From assembly GCA_964016885.1 (NCBI GenBank), contig OZ024743.1, positions 164,610,001-164,674,000 of the forward strand: 64,000 nucleotides of DNA. Direction: 5' to 3'. The position numbers were made by a program, and so were the translations under genes. Within the stretch, counting starts at the first letter, position 1. Every line of letters begins with the position of its first letter. Shown here one piece after another: positions 1 through 11,825 of this stretch. The stretch is from Eledone cirrhosa (lineage: Eukaryota). The notes beneath the pieces were generated by a model, which was given only the letters and a program-made list of their open reading frames with translations, was not told the DNA's origin and searched no databases.

Positions 1-148
1 GACTCTAGCAGACCCTCCTCTCCATCTAGTCTCTTGCACACAGCATACATCAACTTCCTTTCGCTCTAGCATTTCTACGATTTCTCCTGCTCTTCCTTTC
101 ATTGAGCCTACATTGATGGTACCAACTCGGAGTTTTGGGCATTTGTCG
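1..148 (-). mobile_element. RTE LINE 5' coding end (APE endonuclease N-terminus), continuing beyond the window start
   Basis: Minus strand reads [45 protein letters not shown], the APE N-terminal motif (NVG...CCVQETRW). Confidence 0.85.
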
Positions 149-163
149 ATACACATATATATG

Positions 164-236
<73 letters not shown>

Positions 237-255
237 GTATGTATATATATATATA

Positions 256-2690
256 TCATCATCATCATCATCATCATCACCGTTTTACGTCCGTTCTTCC
301 ACGCTAGCATGGGTTAGACGGGTTGTCCTGTTGTGGGCAGTGTCTGGTCGGCTGACCATGCCTTGCTCATACAGGAACTGATCTGGCTTGATTTCTACAG
401 CTGGATGCCCTTCCTAACACCAACCTCATTTACAGTGAGTGCTGGGTGCTTTTTCGTGGCGCCTACACGTCCACTTTACAGTGTGGGCTGGGTGCTTTTT
501 TGCCGTGGCACCTCCACGACCACCTTGCGGTGGGGGGAGTGGGGGCATATTGTTTATATACTTCAGCATGTACCCATGGGAGGTCGGGTACCCTGTATTA
601 CTGCGTGACGCCAGAAGTCACGGTCGTGTGTCATTGACTTTGAGAGGTGTAGTTGGGTAAGGTCGGCTTTTATCACCTCATCCCAAGTCATCTTGGGTCT
701 CCCCACTCCGCGGTTTCCATCAACTTCTAGTGCTCTGCACCTTTTTATGCAGCTGTCATCCTTCATACGCATCACATGTCCATACCAGCGTAACCGCCTC
801 TCCTGCACGCAGCATTTGATTCCTCTTATGCTCAGTCTCTCTCTCAATTCCTTTATGCTTTGTCGTTCATGTATATTACTGTTACACATCCATCGGAGCA
901 TGCAGGCTTCGTTTCTCTCTAATCTACGTAAGTCTTCCACCTTCAGCGCCCAGGTCTCACTACCATGCAACATCGCTGTTCGGATACACGCATCATACAG
1001 TCTGCCTTTCATTCTGAGGGAGAAGCCTTTTGCAGCTAGCAGTGGTAGTAGTTCCCTAAACTTCTTCCATCCCGTTCTTACCCTAGTTATTGTACTTTCT
1101 GAGCACCCACCTCCGTTGCTAATTCGGTCACCTAGGTAGCAGAAGCTGTCTACTGTTTCTACAGGGCCCTCCCAGAGATTGGTGGTACTTGTTTCCTGTG
1201 GCTGTTTGCTTGCTGTTTCAGCACAGCTGCTGCATGTGAATCCTACATTCTTAATTAAGCTTCCTGAGATCCCGCTACATCTCTTGTGTACCCATTGTTT
1301 GCATTTGGGGCAGAGAATGGAGTTCCTACCTACACCTTTCCTACATACTGAGCAAGGCCATTTCCCTGAGGGGATCTGGGTTCTGTTTTCTCGTCTACTT
1401 ACAAGGACCTTAGTCTTTGTCATGTTGACTTTGAGGCCCTTTCTCTCTAGTCCCTGCTTCCAGGTTTGGAATTTATTCTCTAGTTCTACCATAGATTCAG
1501 CTATGAGTGCGAGGTCATCAGCATACAGGAGTTCCCATGGGCATCCGGTCTTAAACTCCTCCGTTATTGCCTGCAGGACTATGATGAACAGGAGAGGGCT
1601 AAGAACAGAGCCCTGGTGGACCCCAACCTGTACGCTAAATTCCTCGCTATACTCATTGCTAATCCTAACTTTGCTGACTGCTCCCCTATACATGGCTTGT
1701 ACCGCTTTCACAAGCCATTCATCTACTCCTAGTTTTCTAAGAGCCCACCAGATTACTGCACGTGGAACTCTGTCAAAGGCTTTCTCAAGGTCGACAAATG
1801 CCAAGTAGAGTGGCTTACTTTTAGCTAGGTACTTTTCCTGTAATTGCCTCACAAGGAAGAGGGCATCAGTGGTGCCATTCCCTGCTACAAACCCAAATTG
1901 CTTCTCGTCTATATTCACCCGGTCCCTAATCAGCTGTGCTATAACTCTTTCTGTTACTTTCATGACCTGGTCCATCAACTTTATACCTCTATAGTTTCCT
2001 CTATCTAGTGCATCGCCTTTACCTTTGTAGCAGTTGACAATGATGCTACTGCACCAATCTTTTGGTATGGCCCCTTCTAGTATTACCTGGTTAACGATAC
2101 GTGTGGTTATAGTGTGACCTACAGACCCAGATGCCTTCAGCATCTCGGCAGCTATACCCGATGGACCGGTTGCCTTCCCTATCTTCATATCTCTGATTGC
2201 CTTACTTACTACGCTGCCGCTGACTTGTACTGCTGGTCCCTCTATAGGGTCTACGTGGGGTAGGGTCTCTTCTTCCCATGCATTCTCCTCATTTAGTAAT
2301 CTATCATAATGACTCTTCCATGCATCTTTCTTCTCAGCACTTGTGAGGGCAAACTCACCTTTATCATTCCGGATACACTTCTCTCCAATGACATCACAAC
2401 TATCTCTGACACACTGCCTCGCAATCTTGAATACCTCCTGTTTCTGGTCCTCACGTTGTAAAACATGCTTGAATTTTCTATCCTCTGCTTCCCTCCTAGC
2501 TAAGTATACTTGTCGCCTAGCTTCCCTCTTGGTCTCTATGTAATGTACCCTGCTCCCCCCGTTCTTCCATTCTTTCCATGCCTGTCTCTTGGCCTTGACT
2601 GCTTCATCTACCTTATTGTTCCAACCACCAAGTCACTCTCCTCCTGCTTGAGGTCTTACTCCACCCACAAACCTCATCCGTCGCCTCTAG
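256..2690 (-). mobile_element. RTE LINE family A, 5'-truncated copy A1
   Basis: RT ORF 563-2188, structured 3' UTR, terminal stem CCGTC...GACG and (GAT)n tail merging into (TA)n; RTE-like coding sequence continues to about 2690 with a frameshift. Confidence 0.93.
563..2188 (-). CDS. RTE reverse transcriptase (partial) with internal PHD-type finger
   Basis: Motifs [44 protein letters not shown]; C4HC3 insert CSVC..CPKC..WVHKRC..CSSC. Confidence 0.9.
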   Translation of the reverse strand: MKIGKATGPSGIAAEMLKASGSVGHTITTRIVNQVILEGAIPKDWCSSIIVNCYKGKGDALDRGNYRGIKLMDQVMKVTERVIAQLIRDRVNIDEKQFGFVAGNGTTDALFLVRQLQEKYLAKSKPLYLAFVDLEKAFDRVPRAVIWWALRKLGVDEWLVKAVQAMYRGAVSKVRISNEYSEEFSVQVGVHQGSVLSPLLFIIVLQAITEEFKTGCPWELLYADDLALIAESMVELENKFQTWKQGLERKGLKVNMTKTKVLVSRRENRTQIPSGKWPCSVCRKGVGRNSILCPKCKQWVHKRCSGISGSLIKNVGFTCSSCAETASKQPQETSTTNLWEGPVETVDSFCYLGDRISNGGGCSESTITRVRTGWKKFRELLPLLAAKGFSLRMKGRLYDACIRTAMLHGSETWALKVEDLRRLERNEACMLRWMCNSNIHERQSIKELRERLSIRGIKCCVQERRLRWYGHVMRMKDDSCIKRCRALEVDGNRGVGRPKMTWDEVIKADLTQLHLSKSMTHDRDFWRHAVIQGTRPPMGTC

Positions 2691-2723
2691 TAAGTTATTT
2701 TTTAGGAACTCCCAGTTCCTAAA

Positions 2724-2781
2724 ATGTATGTATGTATATATATATATTTATTGTATATATATATATTGTATATATATATAT

Positions 2782-2841
<60 letters not shown>

Positions 2842-2857
2842 ATATATATATATATTG

Positions 2858-2888
<31 letters not shown>

Positions 2889-3001
2889 GTATGTATATAT
2901 ATATATTTATATATATATATATTTATATATTTATATATATATGTATGTATATATATATATTTATGTATGTATATATATATATGTATGTATATATATATAT
3001 T

Positions 3002-3033
<32 letters not shown>

Positions 3034-3317
3034 TATTTATGTATGTATATATATATATATTTATGTATGTATATATATGTATATATATGTATATATATGT
3101 ATACATATGTATATATGTATATATATGTATATATATATATATATGTATATATATGTATATATATGTATACATATGTATATATGTATATATATGTATATAT
3201 ATTTATATATATATATACATGTATATATATATATGTATGTAAAATCTATATATGTATGTAAAATCTATATATGTATGTATATATATATATTTATATATAT
3301 ATATACATGTATATATA
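2724..3317. repeat. (TA)n microsatellite with TG/CA variants
   Basis: Directly visible; source of spurious IYIY ORFs. Confidence 0.97.
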
Positions 3318-3879
3318 CTTGGGGAGGGTCATATTTGTGTTATATTGCCAGAATTAATAACAGAACACACTCACTGTTTGGTTGGTTTACGCTTTTCGCT
3401 TCTGTGTCTTTTATAGCGGTAATCTAATTTATTTGGTCCTCAATGTTGCCATTGACTGACCAACGCTCAAAAATAATACAGATACAATATAGACACAAAC
3501 ACATATATATAGTTTATCAAAGTTCTTTCGTTGCACATCTGCAATCATCAGTGGTGCTATTGTTTCCTCCCGTTACATTGTATTTTCTCGCAAAACATGT
3601 ATATATATATATATAAACTAATATATATGATGAAACACAAATACCAACACATCTGTATTTATATTGCAAAAGAAAATTTAGCCAGAATGAAGTATACTAA
3701 TTATAATACTACAGTTTGTCCATATCGATTTAAAATAATAAATCAACAAAGACGAACTGCATTGCCAAATGGCCATGATGTTTAGACACATTTAAATTTC
3801 AAAATCAAACCTGTTCCGTAGATAAGTTTAAACTTTAAAATCCAAATGTGTTTCGAGATGAATAAGTGTAAGGAATATC

Positions 3880-5464
3880 ATGTCCTGCTCTCTTCAGTAA
3901 ACATCCAGGGACAAATTGATATGCTTCACTTCTAAATAATTTAAAAGACTGTGTAACACACATGGTTCCCAGTTTCTAGCTACCCTCATATATACGACTG
4001 TTATTTCTAGCAGTACGGGGGGCAAAACCGCAATATTTTCTGACCAGTCTTCCATTGCCTGTACGTGGCTGGGGGTGTTGTCCAGCAATGTTGTTAGCTA
4101 ATGCACATTCCTTAAGGGTTGGTGACAGATATGAGGTGAAAAAATCCTGGTGAATTGAAGTGATCAGCCATGCCTTCTTATTAGACTTCCATATCACTGG
4201 TAGGTATTGCTGAAGTAACCCCTTGAGTGCTCTTGGAGTTTCAGAATGGTAGATAATGAGTGGCTTTAGCTTTAAATCTCCTTCTGCATTCCCTCCAAGT
4301 AACAGAGTAACGTGGTCCTTTGAGGCTTTGAAACCCTTCGCACTTTTCTCCTCCTTGTCAATTACTGGTATTACTGGTCATCTTTTTCCAATAAAGTCCT
4401 GTTTCATCATAATTAATAACCTGCTTTTTTCTGTACCCCTTCTCTGCAATACATTTCTCTAACTCTGCCTTGAATTTTTCAGCACTCTCTTTATCGGAAC
4501 TGACAGCCTCACCTGTAACTTTTATGTTGTGAAGACTCGAACATCGTTTGAACTTATCAAACCAGCCTTTGCTTGCCTTGAATACAAAGTCCTCCACCCC
4601 CATTTCAGTCTTGAGTCTGTTAATAATGGACAATGCTTTCTCACTGATTACATTTAAAGACAGAGGCATATTTTGACGATTTTGGTCGTCGATCCAAATT
4701 TTGAGCAACCTTTCCATCCTATCCATAATCGGCTCCCGATGTTTGGTCAACAATTTACTCTGTAGACTCATAGTATTCTCCCCAGCTTTTTTTTGATAGC
4801 CTCACTATTTTTTAAAACAGTCCAGACTGTAGACTGGGCTAGGCCTAAGTTACGACTTATGGCGGACGTACCTTGCCCCTGTTCCTTCCTTTTCAAAATG
4901 TCCAGCTTTATCTCCAAAGTCAGGCTCTTCTTCATGCGTTTGGCCTTTCCATCTGCATCAGCAATATTCACAGGGCGTTTTGGGGCCATGAGATATGGGG
5001 TTATAAGATATGCCATGATAATTATGCTTCAAAAAACATGCCGTGGGGTTTTCTCTTACTTTGAATAACGTCATAACTCTTAACTGATCCCTTCAGTTCG
5101 GCAAAAATTCTCTCACTGAGAGGACATGCTAGTTTGCCGAACTGAAGTAATCAGCTAAGAGTTATGACGTCATCGATCGATATCTGAACTCGCTCATGAT
5201 TGGCCAGTTTCTCAGTAAGGTCAGTTAGTACGATAGCAGTACTAACACAATTTTCCTAGAATTCGAATAGCAGTCAGTTTCCACAAATTCAAGGGGGAAT
5301 TTATTGCTTACCACAGGTGGCGCTACGGTACAATATAAACAAAAAACAACCAAAAACCGTATCTGTGAATTTTTTTTTACCGTAAATAGAATTGATGGTA
5401 GTAATTACCCAAAACCGTATCTGTGAATTTACCGGATAAAGAACTACCGTATATCGATGACCCA

Positions 5465-5467
<3 letters not shown>
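3880..5467 (-). mobile_element. Tigger/pogo DNA transposon (TIGD1-like), fragmented and 3'-truncated
   Basis: ORFs 4768-5016 (MAPKRP..LTLEIKLDILKR, psq HTH), 4358-4771 (CENP-B HTH, FKASKGWF, NYDETGLYWK) and 3894-4088 (LDNTPSH, DDE). 5' TIR starts CAGTGGG next to TA at 5467. Subterminal direct repeat AAAACCGTATCTGTGAATTT at about 5353 and 5411. Confidence 0.9.
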
Positions 5468-5509
<42 letters not shown>

Positions 5510-5550
5510 TACATATATATATATTTATATATATATGTATATGTATATAT

Positions 5551-6163
5551 GGTGGCTGCCAACTCGTTTTCGAGTACGGCCACTACTTTATATCCATGTA
5601 AGAGAACCCCTACCAATGCGCTGAACGAGTGTGACTTTTTAGTCCAGCCAGCGACTTGAAAACTCTGGTACAAACACTACACTTGTGACAATTATTGACA
5701 CATAGTGCTGGGCCCATGGTACCATGTGACGACAAGTGCAGAGAGATCTCCAGATATAAAGCAATGCCTGTGCTGTGAAGCTTTTATAGTGAGCAAAGGC
5801 ACTGCACAAACCCAGTCCCACTCTCTTAACCAAGATGATATTTACCAAAAAGAAGAACAAGTCAACATCATTGGATACCATCAGGGCTGCAGGTGTTATA
5901 TCAGAGTTTTCCTTCTCTTAGAATTCTGCCTTGACAAAGGCTAAGGGATCATCACTCCCGGTGATTTGGGATGGCTCTTGACTCTTAAGAGCTCCTTTGC
6001 CCTTTGACAGGTTTTGTTTTTAGTCCTGCAGGATGTCGAAAGTCACCCTCCTCACCAAGAAACCTTGGGGGGTTGCCAGTTTAGTCGCCAACGACCCGAC
6101 CATGAGACAGGTTGTACTGGGATACATGTTACCAGTATCACCAACTGTTGACCTGACATAGTG

Positions 6164-6166
<3 letters not shown>
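5551..6166 (-). mobile_element. Internally deleted (bipartite) non-autonomous RTE-type element
   Basis: Minus strand has RTE 5'-UTR-like sequence (GAAGGAAAACTCTGAT) joined to a C-terminal C2H2 remnant HKCSVCTRVFKSLAGLKSHTRSAH* and a 3' hairpin (ACTCG-AAAA-CGAGT); flanked by (TA)n on both sides. Confidence 0.6.
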
Positions 6167-6207
<41 letters not shown>

Positions 6208-6587
6208 TTATATATATACATATATGTATATGTGTGTGTCCGCATGTATCTGTGTGTTTCTAAATATATTGTTCATAACTCCCTCTGGTCGAGTAATCTT
6301 TGAAGTGTGCTGACTGCTGGAAAGCAGCCATTACTCATACTTCTCGCCTCCTTCACCACCTCTTCTACGGCTTCGATATAAATACCCCCTCCGCCTCCGT
6401 GGTATTTTCTTCGGGGTTATAAGAGGCTTAGCTCTGTTTCTCGACCGTTATATCGCGTGACTATCTCCCCCTCCGCCTTTTGGGATTCTTTCTCACGTCG
6501 TGTAGACGCGTTCTTGAAGCTAGTAAAATGAGGTATCCTCTTGATAAGTCGGCAGACCTCGCAAGGACTCTATATCTTTATGATGTA

Positions 6588-7480
6588 CTAGCAGTAAAGC
6601 CCGGCGTTGCTCAGGGTCACTCAGTAGCTGTGTTAAAGTTACAATGTTAAGTTTCTTTCTTGGCTTAAAAACTGTAGTGTCTACTGTGCAGACTTGCATG
6701 TGGTGTTTTTGATTAATATTCCCTCAACCAACAATATGCCTTATGAAGTTAAGAAAACATAACGATAACCCGAATGTTATAACAAAAGAGGATGCTGGGG
6801 ATAGAAACTGCACTGGTTATTTATTAACAAAGATCGAAAATGTAAACACTGCAACGCAGAGAAAAACATTAGCGTAACCAAATTATCAGTTATGTCTGTC
6901 TGCACGCCTATATCACCTCTCTACACGACTGTCTGTCTGCACGCCTATATCACCTCTCTGCACGACTGTCTGTCTGCACGCCTATATCACCTCTCTGCAC
7001 GACTGTCTGTCTGCACGCCTAACAAAATTTACAGATACATATATTTTATATAAACTTATATAATTTTTGCTTTTTTTTTACGAAATATTTGCTTGTTTTA
7101 AGTAGTTTTTAAATAGACTTGTTTTCAAGTAAAAATATTGTTTTAAAAGGCTTGTTTTACGTAGTCTTTAAATCGTGTATTGTGTTAATGTCATTTTAAA
7201 CGCTGAGAAAGCCAGCGTAATTTTTTTAATTTTTGCACGCAGACGCTCAATGTAAACAGAACAAAGGGAAATAACTGATCACTTACGCTCAAAAATCGAT
7301 ACATTATATTCGATTTCGTCATATAGTGTGGGTCAATTTGAAATTTTTTTTTCCGATGTCTTCGCTAGGGCTCAATGTACAAGTATAGCAATTTCGGTGC
7401 AATTCCGTGAGAGATTCTAAGAGGAGATGTGTGCCAAAAATCGATAGACAGACAGACAACCACAGTTTTATATATATAGA
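6588..7480 (-). mobile_element. Non-autonomous Helitron
   Basis: Minus strand starts TCTATATATATAAAA with (CTGT)n and ends with hairpin CCCTGAGCAACGCCGGG then CTAG. Inserted between A and T with no TSD; the empty site is seen in the other F1 copies. Confidence 0.88.
6896..7020. repeat. 37-bp minisatellite (about 3.4 copies) inside the Helitron
   Basis: Unit CTGTCTGTCTGCACGCCTATATCACCTCTCTGCACGA. Confidence 0.9.
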
Positions 7481-7584
7481 TTGTTTTTGTTTATGCCACG
7501 AAACTACGTAGTCGAGGAATCTAGGAACAGTTTAGGTATGATACATTTTATTACTAATTATATCTAAATGTTTCTTCTCTCTTC

Positions 7585-7588
<4 letters not shown>

Positions 7589-7683
<95 letters not shown>

Positions 7684-7752
7684 ATGTGTATATATATATA
7701 TATATATATACACATATATTTATATACATATATGTATATATATATATATACA

Positions 7753-7826
<74 letters not shown>

Positions 7827-7890
7827 GAGATATTTATATATATATATATTTATATATATATATATACATACATATATATATATATATACA

Positions 7891-7966
<76 letters not shown>

Positions 7967-7968
7967 CA

Positions 7969-8014
<46 letters not shown>

Positions 8015-8018
8015 TATA

Positions 8019-8090
<72 letters not shown>

Positions 8091-8307
8091 CATATATATA
8101 CATATACATATATATATATATATATATATACATATATGTATATTTATATATATATTTATATATATATATATATATTTATATATACATATATACATATAGA
8201 TATATATATATAAACATATATATATATGTATATGTATATATATATATACATATATACATATATATATATATATAAACATATATATATATGTATATGTATA
8301 TATATAT

Positions 8308-8338
<31 letters not shown>

Positions 8339-8341
8339 AAC

Positions 8342-8402
<61 letters not shown>

Positions 8403-8507
8403 TAAACATATATATATATGTATATGTATATATATATATACATATATATATAAACATATATATATATATGTATATATATATATACATATATACATATATA
8501 TATATAT

Positions 8508-8553
<46 letters not shown>
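7589..8553. repeat. (TA)n microsatellite array
   Basis: Directly visible. Confidence 0.97.
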
Positions 8554-8897
8554 GGAGGCACATGGCTTAGTGGTTAGAGCATTGGCCTTGCAATCGAAAG
8601 GTTGTGAGTTCAATTCTCAGACCGGGTGATGTGTTGTTTCCTTGAGCAAGACACTTTATTTCACATTGCTCCAGTTTACTCAGCTGTAGAAATGAGATGA
8701 TAGGGACTAGGGTCCCTATCATTCCACTGTAAAGTGGTCGTGGAGGTGCCACGGCATAAAAGCACCCAGCACTCACTGTAAATGAGGTTGGTGTTAGGAA
8801 GGGCATCCAGCTGTAGAAATCAAGCCAGCATCAGTTCCCGTCCCACCCTTGCAAGCAGGGAAAAGCGGACGTAAAATGAAATGATGATGATGATGAT
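8554..8897 (+). mobile_element. tRNA-derived CORE-SINE with RTE-related body and tail
   Basis: A box TGGCTTAGTGG, B box GTTCAATTC, CORE-like CCTTGAGCAAGACACTTTA...CAGCTGTAGAAATG, RTE-type pseudoknot module, family-B terminal stem and (GAT)n. Confidence 0.88.
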
Positions 8898-8928
<31 letters not shown>

Positions 8929-8933
8929 TACAC

Positions 8934-9013
<80 letters not shown>

Positions 9014-9105
9014 ATATATATATATATATATGTGTGTGTATATATATATGTATATACATATATACACACATATATATACATATAAATATATATATATATA
9101 TATGT

Positions 9106-11043
9106 ATCATCATCATCATCATACTCATCATCACCGTTTTACGTCCGTTCTTCCACGCTAGCATGGGTTAGACGGGTTGTCCTGTTGTGGGCAGTGTCTG
9201 GTGGCTGACCATGCCTTGCTCATACAGGAACTGATCTGGCTTGATTTCTACAGCTGTATGCCCTTCCTAACACCAACCTCATTTACAGTTAGTGCTGGGT
9301 GCTTTTTCGTGGCGCCTACACGTCCGCTTTACAGTGTGGGCTGGGTGCTTTTTTGCGGTGGCGCCTCCACGACCACCTTGCGGTGGGGGGGTGGGGGGCA
9401 TATTGTCTATATGTTTCAGCTTGTACCCATGGGAGGTCGGGTACTCTGTATTACTGCGTGACGCCAGAAGTCACGGTCGTGTGTCATTGCCTTTGAGAGG
9501 TGTAATTGTGTAAGGTCGGCTTTTATCACCTCATCCCAGGTCATCTTGGGTCTCCCCACTCCGCGGTTTCCATCAACTTCTAGTGCTCTGCACCTTTTTA
9601 TGCAGCTGTCATCCTTCATACGCATCACATGTCCATACCAGCGCAACCGCCTCTTCTGCACACAGCATTTGATTCCTCTTATGCTCAGTCTCTCTCTCAA
9701 TTTATTTATGCTTTGTCGTTCACGTATATTACTGTTACACATCCATCGGAGCATGCAGGCTTCGTTTCTCTCTAATCTACGTAAGTCTTCCACCTTCAGT
9801 GCCCAGGTCTCACTACCATGCAACATTGCTGTTCGGATACGCGCATCATACAGTCTGCCTTTCATTCTGAGGGAGAAGCCTTTTGCAGCTAGCAGTGGTA
9901 GTAGTTCCCTAAACTTCTTCCATCCCGTTCTTACCCTAGTTATTGTACTTTCTGAGCACCCACCTCCGTTGCTAATTCGGTCACCTAGGTAGCAGAAGCT
10001 GTCTACTGTTTCTACAGGGCCCTCCCAGAGATTGGTGGTACTTGTTTCCTGTGGCTGTTTGCTGCTTGCTGTCTCAGCACAGCTGCTGCATGTGAAGCCT
10101 ACATTCTTAATTAAGCTTCCTGAGATCCCGCTACATCTCTTGTGTACCCATTGTTTGCATTTGGGGTAGAGAATGGAGTTCTTACCTACACCTTTCCTAC
10201 ATACTGAGCAAGGCCATTTCCCTGAGGGGATCTGGGTTCTGTTTTCTCGTCTACTTACAAGGACCTTAGTCTTTGTCATGTTGACTTTGAGACCCTTTCT
10301 TTCTAGTCCTTGCTTCCAACTTTGGAATTTATTCTCTAGTTCTACCATAGATTCAGCTATGAGTGCGAGGTCATCAGCATACAGGAGTTCCCATGGGCAT
10401 CCGGTCTTAAACTCCTCCGTTATTGCCTACAGGACTATGATGAACAGGATGGGCTAAGAACAGAGCCCTGGTGGACCCCAACCTGTACGCTAAATTCCTC
10501 GCTATACTCATTGCTAATCCTAACTTTGCTGACTGCTCCCCTATACATGGCTTGTACCGCTTTCACAAGCCATTCATCTACTCCTAGTTTTCTAAGAGCC
10601 CACCAGATTACAGCATGTGGAACTCTGTCAAAGGCTTTCTCAAGGTCGACAAATTGCAAGTAGAGTGGCTTACTTTTAGCTAGGTACTTTTCCTGTAAAT
10701 GCCTCACAAGGAAGAGGACATCAGTGGTGCCTCTTCCTGGTACAAACCCAAATTGCATCTAGTCTATTTTCACCCAGTCCCTAATCAACTGTGCTATAAC
10801 TCTTTCTGTTACTTTCATGACCTGGTCCATCAACTTTATACCTCTATAGTTTCCTCTATCTAGTGCATCATCTTTACCTTTTTAGCAGTTGACAATGATG
10901 CTACTGCACCAATCTTTTGGTATGACACCTTCTAGTATTACCTGGTTAACAATACGTGTGGTTATAGTGTGACCTACAGACCCAGATGCCTTCAGCATCT
11001 CGGCAGCTCTGATGGACCGGTTGCCTTCCCCATCTTCATATCT
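9106..11043 (-). mobile_element. RTE LINE family A, 5'-truncated pseudogenised copy A2
   Basis: Near-identical to A1; ORF pieces 9416-10348 and 10435-10758 separated by a frameshift. Confidence 0.93.
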
Positions 11044-11624
11044 GTAGTTTTCTGTATGTATGTGTATATGTGTGTGGACAATTTTTAATGAGGGCTCATA
11101 TATTCTAAACGATTCATGCGATTTCTTTGAAATTTTTTACAGAGCTTCTCCTTGCACAAAACCTGTACATAATGTACAAAGGCTTTCGAAAATCGATATT
11201 GGCGCCTTTGGAGACATTAAAAGAGTTTCGGCTATTTGTGTGAATTTTCGTGATTAAGTAAGACGAGAGTTATCTTTCGTAATTCGGCTCATTCGGATTT
11301 TAATTTACTCTTTGTACTTGAAAGAAAGAAACTAACAATATCATTATGTATATTTCACAAACAGCAATTTCTGACAGATTACTAAGTTAAGTTATAGATT
11401 TGACATTGTATAATTTATCGTTTCAAGCTTGATTAAATAATGTCATAACTTTTACAATATTATGCTTAAATTTATCTAAAATTATTTCGCCGGAATAGTG
11501 TCTAAGGTTTTCATGTTTACATAAAGTACGTTTTTTTTTCTATGTATTCAAATTTACTTTGTTTAGTTTAATGAGCTACATCGAAAGCTACTTGAACCAT
11601 CCAACGGATGGGTAGTTTAGCTAG
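11041..11624 (+). mobile_element. Non-autonomous Helitron (5' end abuts RTE A2)
   Basis: 3' hairpin CCATCC-AAC-GGATGG followed by CTAG|T at 11621-11625; (TGTA)n near the 5' end; candidate A|TC start at 11040/41. Confidence 0.7.
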
Positions 11625-11755
11625 TAAATATATATATATATATATCACCTTGATCACATTGACCGACCAGTCTGTCGGGCGCTGCTGGTCACAGCATGTT
11701 GTGCTGTTTTAGCCATAAGATACGCATTCCCACTGGCTGGGCAGGCAGCCCGATA

Positions 11756-11798
<43 letters not shown>

Positions 11799-11825
11799 AT
11801 ATATATATGTATATATATATATATA

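Larger units (their letters stand above)
6225..7588 (+). mobile_element. Diverged partial copy of the 591-bp hammerhead unit (F1), interrupted by a Helitron
   Basis: 6225-6587 plus 7481-7588 align with about 14505-14970. Confidence 0.88.

Noticed and set aside
693-1808. Antisense ORFs recurring opposite RTE RT in many copies
   Set aside because: Shadow frames of the coding strand, repeated only because the copies are homologous.
2702-3427. Long Ile/Tyr-rich ORFs here and in all other (TA)n arrays
   Set aside because: (TA)n lacks stop codons in all frames; these are translation artefacts.
6896-7020. CRISPR-like 37-bp repeats
   Set aside because: Head-to-tail with no unique spacers; a minisatellite inside a Helitron in eukaryotic DNA.
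8554-8625. tRNA gene (also 51390-51461, 59600-59688, 63730-63820)
   Set aside because: A/B boxes are present but they are SINE heads followed by CORE/Meta domains and tails; no complete cloverleaf.
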